Positions 49,386 through 59,521 of a DNA stretch of 64,000 bases are shown here, piece after piece. The first letter of the stretch is position 1; each line of letters opens with the position of its first letter. This stretch comes from Planctomycetota bacterium (GTDB lineage: Bacteria > Planctomycetota > UBA1135 > UBA2386). Made by a program: the position numbers and the translations under genes. The notes below the pieces were generated by a model. That model saw only the letters and a program-made list of their open reading frames with translations. It did not search any database and had not been told where the DNA came from. Location: assembly GCA_965228735.1 (NCBI GenBank), contig OZ245838.1, positions 3,776,001 to 3,840,000 on the forward strand, given 5' to 3'.

Positions 49386-50980
49386 CGATGCTTCTTCGCG
49401 CGACCGTGATCGCGACCGCTCTCGCCGCGACCCTCGCCGGCCGCGCGGTCGCGCAGAAACTCCCCAACATCGTGATCGTCTACGCCGACGACCTCGGCTA
49501 CGGCGATCTGTCCTGTTACAACCCGGACAGCAAGTACGAGACGCCGCGCCTCGACCGCATGGCGCGCGAGGGCATCCGCTTCACCGACGCGCACAGCCCG
49601 TCGACGATCTGTTCACCGTCGCGCTACGGCCTGCTGTCGGGCCAGCAGATCTACCGTTCGACCGGTCGCGGCGGCGGCGCGTGGGAAGGCCCGGGCGGAC
49701 CGAGCTATCTCAAACCCGGCACGTTGACGCTCGGCGGCATGCTGCAGAGCAAGGGCTACCGCACCGGCGTCTTCGGCAAGTGGCACGTCGGGCTCACGTG
49801 GTTCGACGAGGACGGCAAGAAGCTCGGCGGCGGCTTCAAGAACTCGCTGCTCATCGACTACGAGAAGAGCACGCCGCTCGTCGACGGTCCGCAGACGCGC
49901 GGCTTCGACAGCTCGTTCGTCACGCCCAACTGCCCGACGACGGATCCGCTCTACCTCTACATCGAGAACGGCATGGTGCCCGTGCCCGCGACCAAGCGGC
50001 ATAAGCGCGCGACGCTGCCCAACCCGGGCGGCAAGTGGCGCTGGGACAACGACGAAGGCTGGATGGCCGAGGGCTACGAGTTCGTGAACGCGGACCTGCT
50101 GTTCTTCGACAAGGCGAAGCAATTCGTGACCGCGCACCGGCAGCAGCACGCCGACGAGCCGTTCTTCCTGCTGCTCTCGACGCAGATCTGCCACGCGCCG
50201 GTTCTGCCGGGCGAAGGTTTCGACGGCGCGACGAAGGCCGGCCCGCGCGGTGACTTCGTGCGCCAGCTCGACACGCTCGTCGGCCGCGTGTTCGACCTGC
50301 TCGAGACCGTCGGCGCGGCGGACGACACGATCGTGCTGTTCAACTCCGACAACGGTCCCGAGACCCGGCACGTGATCTGGATGCGCGCGGACCACGGGCA
50401 CGATCCCGCGGGCGGCTGGCGCGGCATGAAGCGCGACGGTTGGGAGGGCGGTCATCGCGTGCCGTTCCTCGCGTGGTGGCCGAGCCGCATCCCGGCGGGC
50501 CAGGTGTCGGACCAGATGACCAACACGACCGACATCTTCGCGACGCTCGCGTCCGTCGTCGGCTTCGACCTGCCCGACGACCAGGCCCGCGACAGCTTCG
50601 ACATGCTGCCCGCGATGCTCGGCACGCAGCCCGAGGGCGAGAGCATCCGCCCGCACCTGCTGACCCAGAGCTTCCGCGGCGAGTTCCAGATCCGCCAGGG
50701 CCGGTGGAAGTACCTCGACCACCAGGGCTCGGGCGGCAACAACTACGAACGCGGCAAGATGCAGGCCTTCGTCCTGCCAGAGACCGAGCCGGACGCGGCG
50801 GGGCAGCTCTACGACCTCGCGCAGGACCCGGGCGAGACGACGAACCTGTTCTTCCGCGCGGAGAGCAAGCGCAAGGAACTGCAGGCCCTGCTGGCCGAGC
50901 TGAAGTCGAGCGGCCGCAGCGCGCCGATCGGCCGCCGTGCGATCGGCATCGAGAACATCGCGCGCGTCGACAAGAAGTAG
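49382..50980 (+). CDS. Arylsulfatase (Cys-type)
   Basis: PNIVIVYADDLGYGD, CSPSR, GKWH, SDNG and EGGHRVP motifs, with a signal peptide. Confidence 0.95.
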   Translation: MTMLLRATVIATALAATLAGRAVAQKLPNIVIVYADDLGYGDLSCYNPDSKYETPRLDRMAREGIRFTDAHSPSTICSPSRYGLLSGQQIYRSTGRGGGAWEGPGGPSYLKPGTLTLGGMLQSKGYRTGVFGKWHVGLTWFDEDGKKLGGGFKNSLLIDYEKSTPLVDGPQTRGFDSSFVTPNCPTTDPLYLYIENGMVPVPATKRHKRATLPNPGGKWRWDNDEGWMAEGYEFVNADLLFFDKAKQFVTAHRQQHADEPFFLLLSTQICHAPVLPGEGFDGATKAGPRGDFVRQLDTLVGRVFDLLETVGAADDTIVLFNSDNGPETRHVIWMRADHGHDPAGGWRGMKRDGWEGGHRVPFLAWWPSRIPAGQVSDQMTNTTDIFATLASVVGFDLPDDQARDSFDMLPAMLGTQPEGESIRPHLLTQSFRGEFQIRQGRWKYLDHQGSGGNNYERGKMQAFVLPETEPDAAGQLYDLAQDPGETTNLFFRAESKRKELQALLAELKSSGRSAPIGRRAIGIENIARVDKK

Positions 50981-51105
50981 CGCCGAGTGTACGAAGACGA
51001 GGGCCGCAGCCGCGTGTTGGAGTTCGCGGAGACCCGCGATCCGGCTGCCGAGAAACATCGAGAACCCAGTCAGGTCGCACCGATTCGCGACATCGCGCCA
51101 CTGCC

Positions 51106-52428
51106 ATGACCACGACCGGCAAGCCCGCCCCCATCGCTCCCGAGCGCCGCTCGCAGGCGCTCGACACCGTGCGGGGGCTCGCCGTCCTCGGCATTCTGGT
51201 GGTCAACGTCGGCTTCGTCGCGATGCCGTTCTTCGCGGTGTCGAACCCGACGATCTGGGGCGGTCACGGCGGCCTCGATGAACTGACCTTCTACGTCCAG
51301 GTCACGTTCTTCGACGGCAAGATGCGCGGCCTGTTCTCGATGCTGTTCGGCGCCGGCCTGTGGCTGCAGTGGACCAAGGCCGAACGCGAAGGCACGGCCG
51401 CGGGCTTCGGGGACGTATGGAGCCGCCGCTGCCTCTGGCTCGTGTTGTTCGGCCTCGTCCACGGCTACCTGCTGCAGTGGGCCGGCGACATCCTGTTCGC
51501 CTACGGCATCGCCGGGCTGTTCCTGTTCCCGCTCCGGCTGCTCGGTTCGCGGGCGCTCATCGCGCTCGCAACGATCCTGCTCACGATCGGCTTCGCGTTC
51601 GACGCCGTCGCCCTCGTCGGACGCGGGGAGGACGCGCGGGGCTACACCGAGGCGATCGCCGTCCGCGAGCACGGCGGCACGCTCGACGACGATCAGCAGG
51701 CCGCGATCGCTCGCTGGGAACGCAACCACCCACGCAAGACCGCCGACTCCCCGCCCGTGCAGGAGCTGCTCACGGCATTCCGCAGCGGCTGGACGGCGAG
51801 CGCCGCCGTGTCCGCCGAGTTCACCGCGTACCTGCAGACCAGCTACTTCGTGCAGCACATGTTCTGGGACACGCTCGGCCTGATGTTGCTGGGCATCGTG
51901 TTGGCGAGGAGCCGCTGGCTGCAGGGTCAGGGCGGCACGCGCAGCTACGTGACGGCGATGGTCGTCGGCTACGGCGTCGCCGCACCCGTCGTTTGGTCGC
52001 TGGCCATGGCCGATCACGACGCGAACTTCTCGGCGCTCGAGATCGGCACCGAGTGGGCCCGGATCGCGCTGTATCACCCGACCCGCATCGCCATCGGACT
52101 GGCCCACGCCGCGGCCCTCCTGCTCGTGCTCCGGAGCCGGCTCGGGGAGACGCTGCTACGCCCGCTCGCCGCGGTCGGCCGCGCCGCACTCTCCAACTAC
52201 ATCCTGCAGACGCTGCTCTGCACGACGTGGTTCTTCGGTTTTGGCTTCGGCTTCTACGGCGAACTGAGTCGCTTCCAGCAGATGCTGTTCGTCGCCGGTG
52301 TCTGGGCAATCGCCATGATCTGGAGCCCGCTGTGGCTGCGCCGGTTCCGCTTCGGACCTCTCGAATGGGCCTGGCGTTCGCTCGTGCACTGGCGGCGACA
52401 GCCGATGCGGCGATCGCGCGAGCCGTGA
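51106..52428 (+). CDS. DUF418 (YeiB-like) membrane protein
   Basis: LDTVRG.A..GI..VN, FSMLFG, GDIL, GR.ALSNY..Q and GPLEW.WR motifs. Confidence 0.93.
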   Translation: MTTTGKPAPIAPERRSQALDTVRGLAVLGILVVNVGFVAMPFFAVSNPTIWGGHGGLDELTFYVQVTFFDGKMRGLFSMLFGAGLWLQWTKAEREGTAAGFGDVWSRRCLWLVLFGLVHGYLLQWAGDILFAYGIAGLFLFPLRLLGSRALIALATILLTIGFAFDAVALVGRGEDARGYTEAIAVREHGGTLDDDQQAAIARWERNHPRKTADSPPVQELLTAFRSGWTASAAVSAEFTAYLQTSYFVQHMFWDTLGLMLLGIVLARSRWLQGQGGTRSYVTAMVVGYGVAAPVVWSLAMADHDANFSALEIGTEWARIALYHPTRIAIGLAHAAALLLVLRSRLGETLLRPLAAVGRAALSNYILQTLLCTTWFFGFGFGFYGELSRFQQMLFVAGVWAIAMIWSPLWLRRFRFGPLEWAWRSLVHWRRQPMRRSREP

Positions 52429-52528
52429 CGATCGGCGTCTGACGATACGGGCTCGGACGACCGAGCCTCCATGCCCCGCGCCCCCGATCCTGGCGACCCG
52501 GGTCGGCGCGCCCTAGGCTTTGCGCCGC

Positions 52529-52605
52529 GCGCCCGTAGCTCAGCTGGATAGAGCATCGGTTTCCTAAACCGGAGGTCACAGGTTCGAGTCCTGTCGGGCG
52601 TACCA
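52529..52605 (+). tRNA. tRNA-Arg(CCT)
   Basis: GCGCCCG/CGGGCGT acceptor stem, TAGCTCAGCTGGATAGAGC D-arm, TTCCTAA anticodon loop, GGTTCGAGTCC T-arm and encoded CCA. Confidence 0.97.
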
Positions 52606-52624
52606 TGTCGGTTGGTGACGGGCG

Positions 52625-52795
52625 ACGCTCGACGCTTCGCAGCCTTGGCTTCGTGGTCGAGCCAGCTCTGCAGCACGCTCGGAAGCTCCGGCGAGGCAGC
52701 CGCCAGGTAGGGCAGCTCGTCGAAGATGATCGGGACCCGCCAACCCAGCGTCTTGGCCTGCGTGGACAGGCTGCGCAGGAGGACGCGCCAGTCGC
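52625..52795 (-). pseudogene. Internal fragment of an AAA/archaeal-type ATPase
   Basis: DWRVLL...IIFDELPYL...LPSVLQSWLD (Walker B region) with no Walker A and no proper start. Confidence 0.6.
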
Positions 52796-53093
52796 GATGG
52801 CGACGCCCACGTGCTGTTCTCGACCAACACCAACACGGCCGACGAGATCCTGATGGTGCTGCTCGACGTGCGTGTCGCGGGCGCGCCGGTGGCCGACGAC
52901 GAAGACTGACCACGTTGTCCGTGCCGAGCGATGAGCTCGATCACCGCGCCGCGTCGGCCGGCGACCGCAAGCGGGCCGACTCGGTCCGTGGTCAGAGCGA
53001 ACGCGCCGGTCGACATCCTGGCACGTGCCGTTCACCATCGAGAATCGACGACGCCCTCGTGCCCATCGGCATCGATGGCCGTATCATCCAGCC

Positions 53094-53402
53094 GTGAACT
53101 CCTTGGTCGAGAAGAATCGGACTGCTGTCTCGGAGCTGTGCCGACAGCACAGCGTCCGTGCGCTTGACCTGTTCGGTTCCGCTGCCTCCGATCGATTCGA
53201 CCCGGCGACGAGCGACCTCGATTTCCTCGTCGAGTTCGAGGACTTGGAGCCTGCAGCGTTCTCGGCGGCCTACTTCGGACTGCTCGAAGGACTGAGCACG
53301 CTGTTCGGACGTGACGTCGATCTTGTCGTCGAGTCTTCCATCGAGAACCCGTACTTCCGCGAGGTCGTCGAGCGCACGCGCACTCCGCTGTATGCAGCTT
53401 GA
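53094..53402 (+). CDS. mntA: Minimal nucleotidyltransferase antitoxin (MNT)
   Basis: LFGSAA...SDLDFLVEF and DVDLV motifs. Confidence 0.9.
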   Translation: MNSLVEKNRTAVSELCRQHSVRALDLFGSAASDRFDPATSDLDFLVEFEDLEPAAFSAAYFGLLEGLSTLFGRDVDLVVESSIENPYFREVVERTRTPLYAA

Positions 53403-53742
53403 GGTCAAGAAATACCTGTTCGACGTGCAGAAGGCCTGCGCCCGCGTCGTCGAGTTCACGGTGGGCAAGAGCTTCGGGGACTACGCTCAGAACGCGATGC
53501 TCAAGGCCGCGGTCGAACGGCAGTTCGAGATCGTCGGCGAGGCGCTGAACCGGCTCGCCAAGCTGGACGCGAGCGTGGTCGAGCAGATCAGCGACCATCG
53601 CCAGATCATCGCGTTCCGCAACATCCTGGTGCACGCCTACGCGCAAATCGACGACCGCGTCGTATGGGGCGTCGTCGAGACGAAGCTGCCAACCTTGATC
53701 GCCGAGGTCGATGTCCTGCTGGGCGAAGGGAACGGCGACTGA
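53392..53742 (+). CDS. hepT: HEPN/DUF86 RNase toxin
   Basis: AVER.FEIVGEA and RNILVHAY (RX4HXY). Overlaps the MNT gene. Confidence 0.9.
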   Translation: MQLEVKKYLFDVQKACARVVEFTVGKSFGDYAQNAMLKAAVERQFEIVGEALNRLAKLDASVVEQISDHRQIIAFRNILVHAYAQIDDRVVWGVVETKLPTLIAEVDVLLGEGNGD

Positions 53743-54042
53743 ACTCAGCAGCGGCTCGATTCGGCGATTGGCACGAGCGCACGTTTTGGTCCGACCCGAG
53801 ATCAGCACGCGGGCATACCGGGACTGCGGCCGAGAGCCTCGGGCAGTCATGACCTCGAGAACCAGCATCATGTCGTCGCGCATGATGCCGCGCAGCACCA
53901 AGTGCAGTCATGACGCGTGGCCCGGGCGTCGAGGCGACGGTTCGGCACGCGGATTCCGCACTTCCCTGGCCGCCTCACGGCCTCGCTTGCGCCACCTCCG
54001 GCATCCGCGGCCAACCGCCGCGCCGACCCGAGAACCAAGACG

Positions 54043-55724
54043 ATGCCGAAACCGACCCAACTGTTGCTGGCCAGCGCGATCGCCGTGCTGGCGGCCTCCA
54101 CCACCGCCCAGACCTGGACGCGCAAGATCACCGGTGCGTGGACCTACTACACGCCGGTCGCCGTGCACGAGAACGGCTTCGACCTTGCCTTCCGTAACGG
54201 CTCGAACTCCGTCCACGTCAGCCTGACACCCCAGGGCACCGTTTCGTCCCCGTTTCAACTGCAGGGCATGTCGGGACTCTTGAACTTCCGCCACCTCGCC
54301 GACCTCGGCGGTGGACGCCAGTTGTTGAGCGGCGTCCAGAACAACCGTTGCTGGATCGGTGCGGTCGATCGCGCAACGGGCCTGACGATCTGGGACGAGA
54401 CGGTGTCGGACGAGCAAAGCTCGTTCTTCGCCTCGTGCCGCAACGCGCACGGCCACGTCATCGTCGTCGGGAGCAGGGTCGATCCCGTCACGTCGATCAC
54501 GCGGCAGTTCATCTGCGCGATCGACCCCAACGGCGGCGTTCTGTGGCGCCGGAGCTACGGCGCGAGCATCCTCAACGAGAGCGGGGTCGGCATTCACCCA
54601 CTGCACGGCGGCGGGCTCGTGATGGTCAACTTCTCATCGGCCCCGAGCGCAACCGTGGCGACGCTTCGCACGGTTTGGCTCGACGACCTGGGCAACGTGA
54701 TCGCCAGCCGACACATGTCGATGACGCCGGGTGGCCTGCGTTCGCCGGTCGCGGCGCCGTCATGGGCGCCCCGGGGCCCGAGGACTTCTTCGCGGTCCGC
54801 GACGATGCAACGCACAACGTCGTTTGGCAGCGGTCCTACGACACCTACTCGAAGTACCCGACGGTCAACTCGATGACCCGGGCCGTGGCCGGGGTCGTCG
54901 CCCACCCCGCTGGCGGCTTCGCGCTCGGTGCCACGCAGGCACTGCCTACCGGACCCGCCGGGGCCGATCAGACCGACATGGTCGTCCTGCGCCTCGACGA
55001 TCAGGGCAACCCGCTGTGGATGCGGGCCTACGGCGACAACACACTCGACGAACGACTCAGCGGGTTCGCACTCACTCCGGACGGCGGGTTCTTGATCGTC
55101 GGAGGCGGTCCGCAAGCCGGCACGATTCGCGTCTCGCGAACACGCTCTGATGGCACTATCGATGGTTGCCCGAGCGCTGCGACGCAGGCGTTCGTCGGAC
55201 CCGGCGTCGTAACCTCGCAGATCAGCTACGTGCCCGTCGCCGACGCAACGGATACGGTGCCCGACTACCACGCGCTCGTTCTGCCGCTGTTCCCGGTCGT
55301 CGAGGCCGTCTGCGGCACGACCTGCACGACCGTCGGAGGAACGTTCGGCAACGGCGTTCCCGGCACGGGCAGCGTCACGCCGAGCTTGACCCCGATCGAT
55401 GGCGCCTGCCTCGGCTGGGTGCCCGAGCTGCGAATCGAGGACGCCCGCGGTGGCGCGTTCGCGGCGCTCGGCTTCGGTTTCACCACGACGACCACGCCGC
55501 TGCTCGGGGGCACGCTCTATCTCGACCCGGCGACCATGTTCACCGCGACGAGCCTGCTGTCGGGTCCGTCAGGTGTCCCGGGTGTCGGCAGTTGGACACT
55601 GCCGCTGCAGGCCGACTGGACGTCGTTCATCGGCATCACGCTCTACGCCCAGGCGTTCGTGCTCGATCCGAGCTCGCCGTCGGGGGTGGCGATGTCCAAC
55701 GCGGCCTCGGTGACGGCGCAGTAG
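54043..55724 (+). pseudogene. Secreted beta-propeller-like protein with one frameshift (~54730-54760)
   Basis: The signal peptide and W.R.YG repeats in one frame continue in a second frame (WQRSY, LWMRAYG) to the stop at 55724. Confidence 0.75.
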
Positions 55725-56013
55725 CGCGCGGAGCGGGCGCGCCGAGGAGAGCAGGAAACCGCGGATCCACGCAGTAATCCGCCAGCGCCGCGGCATTGGG
55801 ACCGCGTGAGCATCTGCACTTCTCGTCGGACAACGGTCTGCACCGCGCTGGCCGCCGTTCTTCTTCTCCGCGCCGCGGCCGTCGGCCAGGCGCTCCCCAA
55901 CGGCGACGTTATTGTCGAGTTCGTCGGCCTGTCCGCTCGGACACCAGCGAGCATTCGCGAGGCGTTCGGCGGCAAGGCCGAGCCGGCCGCGAGCCGATGG
56001 CAACGGGCTCGCT

Positions 56014-57093
56014 TCAGTAATGCCGCACGCAGCCGGTCATGCCGAAGTCGTGCTTCCAGACCAGGACCCCGCGCTCGTTCCGCCGGCTGACGAACCCACG
56101 GCCGCCGATGATCGTGTCGCCGTTGCTGACGCGGATCGCCGTGTGCGGGTTCTTCGTGGTCTCGATGGTGTGCACGATCCGGCCGGCGGCATCGATCTCG
56201 AGCACCTTGTTGTCACGATGCGACGTGATCAATGTGTGGCCGTTCCACAGTCGGCGCGCGTCATGCACCTCCTTGGCCTGGTCGAACGTTCGCAGGGTCT
56301 TGCCGCGCCAGTCGAGTTCGAGGGCCTTGTTGCCTTCCGCGATCAGCAGGTTGCCGCTCGGCAGGGGATACGCCTTCCATGGCGTCAACCGCGCCCCGGT
56401 CTTGCGGACGACCTTGCCGGCGGGACTCACCTCGATCGCGTTGCCCGAGGCGTTCGCGATCAGCGTGTTGTCGTTGGGCAGGCGCACGACGCCGAGTGCG
56501 TTCATGTTCGGATCCGAGTACGACCACACCACCGCGCCGCTGCGGTCGATCTCCCGCACGTTCGACTTCGGCGACGTGAGCGCGACGAGGTAGTGCCCGT
56601 TCGGGAGACGCTCGGCGTGGAAGACCCGCGTCAGGTCCTTGATCTCGAGCAGGACCTTGCCGGCTTCGTCGAACTCGAGGATGCGGCCGCCCGGGTGATC
56701 CGTGACGAGCGTGATGCCCTCGGGCTCGAACGCCGAGAGCACCCAGCGCGCCGCGGTCGCCGTGTGCGCGACCTCGCTCGCCGTCAGGATCCGAAGGTCG
56801 GGCACTACCCCTTCGGCACCGGCCCCGAGCGCGCGGAGGCAGTGCGCGGCCCGCGCCACGACGTCGGGCCGAGGGTCGGTCAGCTTGTCGCAGAGCGCGG
56901 GCGCGGCTGCCGCGCCGAGCGCGAGCAGCCCACGGACCGCCTGGTCGCGGCGCTCCGGCAACTCGAGGAACGCCACGTGGCGCGCGGCCTGCCGTTCGGG
57001 AGAACCGGCGCTCACGATCGTCTGGCCGGTGAGGCCGAGCGCGAACACCCCCGCGACCCCGATTCCGACTGCGATCCTCGTTGTGGTGTTCAT
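56014..57093 (-). CDS. Secreted HEAT-repeat plus beta-propeller protein
   Basis: Signal/TM segment, HEAT-like L.DP...V..AA..L, then repeated RLPNG..LI / V.E.D..G..VW units. Confidence 0.85.
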   Translation of the reverse strand: MNTTTRIAVGIGVAGVFALGLTGQTIVSAGSPERQAARHVAFLELPERRDQAVRGLLALGAAAAPALCDKLTDPRPDVVARAAHCLRALGAGAEGVVPDLRILTASEVAHTATAARWVLSAFEPEGITLVTDHPGGRILEFDEAGKVLLEIKDLTRVFHAERLPNGHYLVALTSPKSNVREIDRSGAVVWSYSDPNMNALGVVRLPNDNTLIANASGNAIEVSPAGKVVRKTGARLTPWKAYPLPSGNLLIAEGNKALELDWRGKTLRTFDQAKEVHDARRLWNGHTLITSHRDNKVLEIDAAGRIVHTIETTKNPHTAIRVSNGDTIIGGRGFVSRRNERGVLVWKHDFGMTGCVRHY

Positions 57094-57115
57094 TGCATGT
57101 TCGGGGGTCCGCGCG

Positions 57116-57640
57116 TCAGTCTAGCGCATCGGCGAGGCGCACTGGGGCGCCCACACGCAGCAGGCCGCCTGCCAGCACGCGCGCAGTGATGCCGCCGTGG
57201 CCGCGGACCGCGTGGTAGCCGCCCGGCCCGAGGACCTCCTCCATTCGAGAACACGGCGCGCACGGGCCGGTGCCCTCGAGCAACACGTCACCGACGAAGA
57301 ACCGCATCGTGCGCAGCCCCCACAGGTTGATGCCGGCAACCATGAGGTTGCGACGCAGATCAGCGGGAGCAACGGAGTCACGTTCGAGGAGACCCGCGAT
57401 CACCGGCAGATGCTCGGCCTGGATCAGAGTGACCTGCCGCTTGCTCGGCGCACGGTTGCTGCTGGCATGGTGATCGCCATCGAGACCGGCACCGACGCGG
57501 CAATCGACCGCATCGACGACGCGAATCGTCGCCCGGCGCTCCGGCGACAATCCGATCCATTCGAGCCGCCCGATCTGCGGCACGCTCCGCTGCAAGCGCG
57601 CGAGCGGCGACGGCCCCGCCGCGCCTTCAGCGCCCACCAC
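57116..57640 (-). CDS. MOSC domain protein
   Basis: GL.GD, RQVTLIQ.E, LRRNL, C.PCSRM and RGHGG.TAR motifs. Confidence 0.92.
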   Translation of the reverse strand: MVGAEGAAGPSPLARLQRSVPQIGRLEWIGLSPERRATIRVVDAVDCRVGAGLDGDHHASSNRAPSKRQVTLIQAEHLPVIAGLLERDSVAPADLRRNLMVAGINLWGLRTMRFFVGDVLLEGTGPCAPCSRMEEVLGPGGYHAVRGHGGITARVLAGGLLRVGAPVRLADALD

Positions 57641-58019
57641 TCGCGCTCGCCGCTTCCTCCGCGAGGCGACGCTCCTTGAACGCGTTGCCCCACGCCTGCA
57701 TCGAGATCAGGACCGGCTCGAGCGAACGCCCGAACTCGGTCACCTCGTACTCGACCCGCGGTGGCACCTCGGCGAAGACGTGTCGATCGACCACACCGTC
57801 CGCCTCCAGTTCACGGAGTTGCAGCGTGATCATGCGCTCCGTCGCGTTCGGCACGAGGCGACGCAACTCCCCGAAGCGCTTCCGGCCGGCCAGCAGGTGG
57901 CAGACGAGGACGGGCTTCCAACGGCCGCCGATGACGCTGAGGGTCGCCTCCACGTCGCAGCCGGTTCGCCAGTTGTACTTACGAGTCACGATGCCTCCAG
58001 CGGTGTCATGCTCGTCCAA
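57627..58019 (-). CDS. HxlR-family winged-helix regulator
   Basis: GC.VE.TL..IGG.WK, QLRELE.DG and PPRVEY. The start may be the GTG at 57989. Confidence 0.92.
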   Translation of the reverse strand: MDEHDTAGGIVTRKYNWRTGCDVEATLSVIGGRWKPVLVCHLLAGRKRFGELRRLVPNATERMITLQLRELEADGVVDRHVFAEVPPRVEYEVTEFGRSLEPVLISMQAWGNAFKERRLAEEAASASGGR

Positions 58020-58133
58020 TACTTACAAAAATGTGGGTTCTTGTAAAGACCGCTGTAGTGACCGAATCTCGCGCATCGAGGCCAGCGAGCACGGCCGAGA
58101 ACCTAGCCCCTCACCGCGCCGAGAGACCAATCC

Positions 58134-59120
58134 ATGAGAGCGATGATCATCCACCACTACGGCGAGGACGCCGTATTCGAAGCCGCCGAAGTCGAGCAAC
58201 CAACGGCCGCCGCCGGCCAGGTCCTCGTGAAGATCGCGGCGTCGAGCGTGAACACGGTCGACACGATGATCCGCAAACTGGGAGCGGCTCTGCCACTCTC
58301 GCCGGCGACACCCGCGATCCTCGGGATGGACTTCGCCGGCACCATCGAGGCCGTCGGGGCGGGTGTCGACGAGTTCGCCATCGGGGACGAAGTCTTCGGG
58401 TGCGCCGGCGGCCTCGCGGACCTCCCCGGCTCGCTCGCCGACTACATCGCGGCCGACGCGAGACTGATCGCGAAGAAGCCCGCGAACCTGTCGCTGCGCG
58501 AGGCTGCGGCGCTGCCGCTCGTCGCGATCACGGCCTACGAGGGCCTGACCCGCGCCGGGATCGAAGCGGGCCAGAAGGTCCTGGTGCACGGCGGCTCCGG
58601 CGGCGTCGGCCACGTTGCTCTGCAGCTGGCCCGGCACTTCGGCGCCGAGGTGTACTCGACTGGCGGCGGCGACATTCAGCTCGCCCTGATCCGGCGGCTC
58701 GGGGCGACGCCGATCCACTACAAGAACGAGTCCGTCGAGGACTACGTCGCCGCGCACACCGACGGTGCGGGATTCGACCTCGTGTTCGATTCGGTCGGCG
58801 CCGCGAACATGGCGAAGTCGTTCGAAGCGGCCGCGCTCAACGGCCAGATCGCCACGACCGTGGCGCTGTGCGAGCTGGACCTGACGACGGCCCACTTCAA
58901 GGGCCTGTCACTGCACGTCGTGTTCATGCTCATTCCGATGCTTCACGACCACCAGCGGGAGGAGCACGGCAGGATCCTGCGCGACGTGGCCCGAATCGCC
59001 GAGGCCGGGGAACTGAAGCCCGTGCTCGACGAGACCCGTTTCGCGCTGGACGAGGCGGGCGCCGCGCACGCTCGCCTGGAGAGCGGGCAGGCGATCGGCA
59101 AGGTCGTCATCGACAACTGA
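58134..59120 (+). CDS. MDR-family (zinc-binding dehydrogenase-like) quinone oxidoreductase
   Basis: SSVN.VD, LGMDFAG, VHGGSGGVG and GKVVI motifs. Confidence 0.93.
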   Translation: MRAMIIHHYGEDAVFEAAEVEQPTAAAGQVLVKIAASSVNTVDTMIRKLGAALPLSPATPAILGMDFAGTIEAVGAGVDEFAIGDEVFGCAGGLADLPGSLADYIAADARLIAKKPANLSLREAAALPLVAITAYEGLTRAGIEAGQKVLVHGGSGGVGHVALQLARHFGAEVYSTGGGDIQLALIRRLGATPIHYKNESVEDYVAAHTDGAGFDLVFDSVGAANMAKSFEAAALNGQIATTVALCELDLTTAHFKGLSLHVVFMLIPMLHDHQREEHGRILRDVARIAEAGELKPVLDETRFALDEAGAAHARLESGQAIGKVVIDN

Positions 59121-59129
59121 AGAGCGAAC

Positions 59130-59502
59130 ATGCAGAAGACGATCTTGATCACCGGTTCGACCGACGGCATCGGCCATCGGACCGCGCGGCAGCTGGTCGA
59201 GCGCGGGCACCGCGTGCTGCTCACGGTAACGTTCGACCACCCACCGGTGAACGTGCAGGGCCAGGAGATGCTGGCCGACCTGAACAGCCTCGCGATGAGG
59301 CTGCAAGCAAGCGGTCTACGAGTCCATCGACAAGCCGATCGAGGAAGCCCTGCGGGCGGAGGCCTACTGGCTCTATCAAGCCACGAGCAAGACTCCGGCG
59401 ATCAAGCGGTTCACCATCGCCGACGAGAAGGGCCTGGAACACGACATGGAGAACCAACGGAACTGGAACGAACTGGTCATGCAGGTCCAGGACATCCAGT
59501 GA
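59130..59502 (+). pseudogene. Deletion chimera of an SDR N-terminus and enoyl-CoA hydratase-like fragments
   Basis: MQKTILITGSTDGIG..TA (SDR) runs into TVTFDHPPVN (crotonase-like start). A different frame then reads CKQAVYES...EEALRAEAY...VQDIQ*. Confidence 0.7.
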
Positions 59503-59521
59503 CTGCCGACGAAGACACACC

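Noticed and set aside
52529..52605. Functional link between tRNA-Arg and the colicin-D-like tip (colicin D cuts tRNA-Arg)
   Set aside because: The two are 41 kb apart and there is no evidence for the tip's specificity. Likely coincidence.
55806..56090. 94-aa ORF with signal-peptide-like start
   Set aside because: It overlaps the convergent gene and degrades into non-protein-like sequence. At most a remnant.
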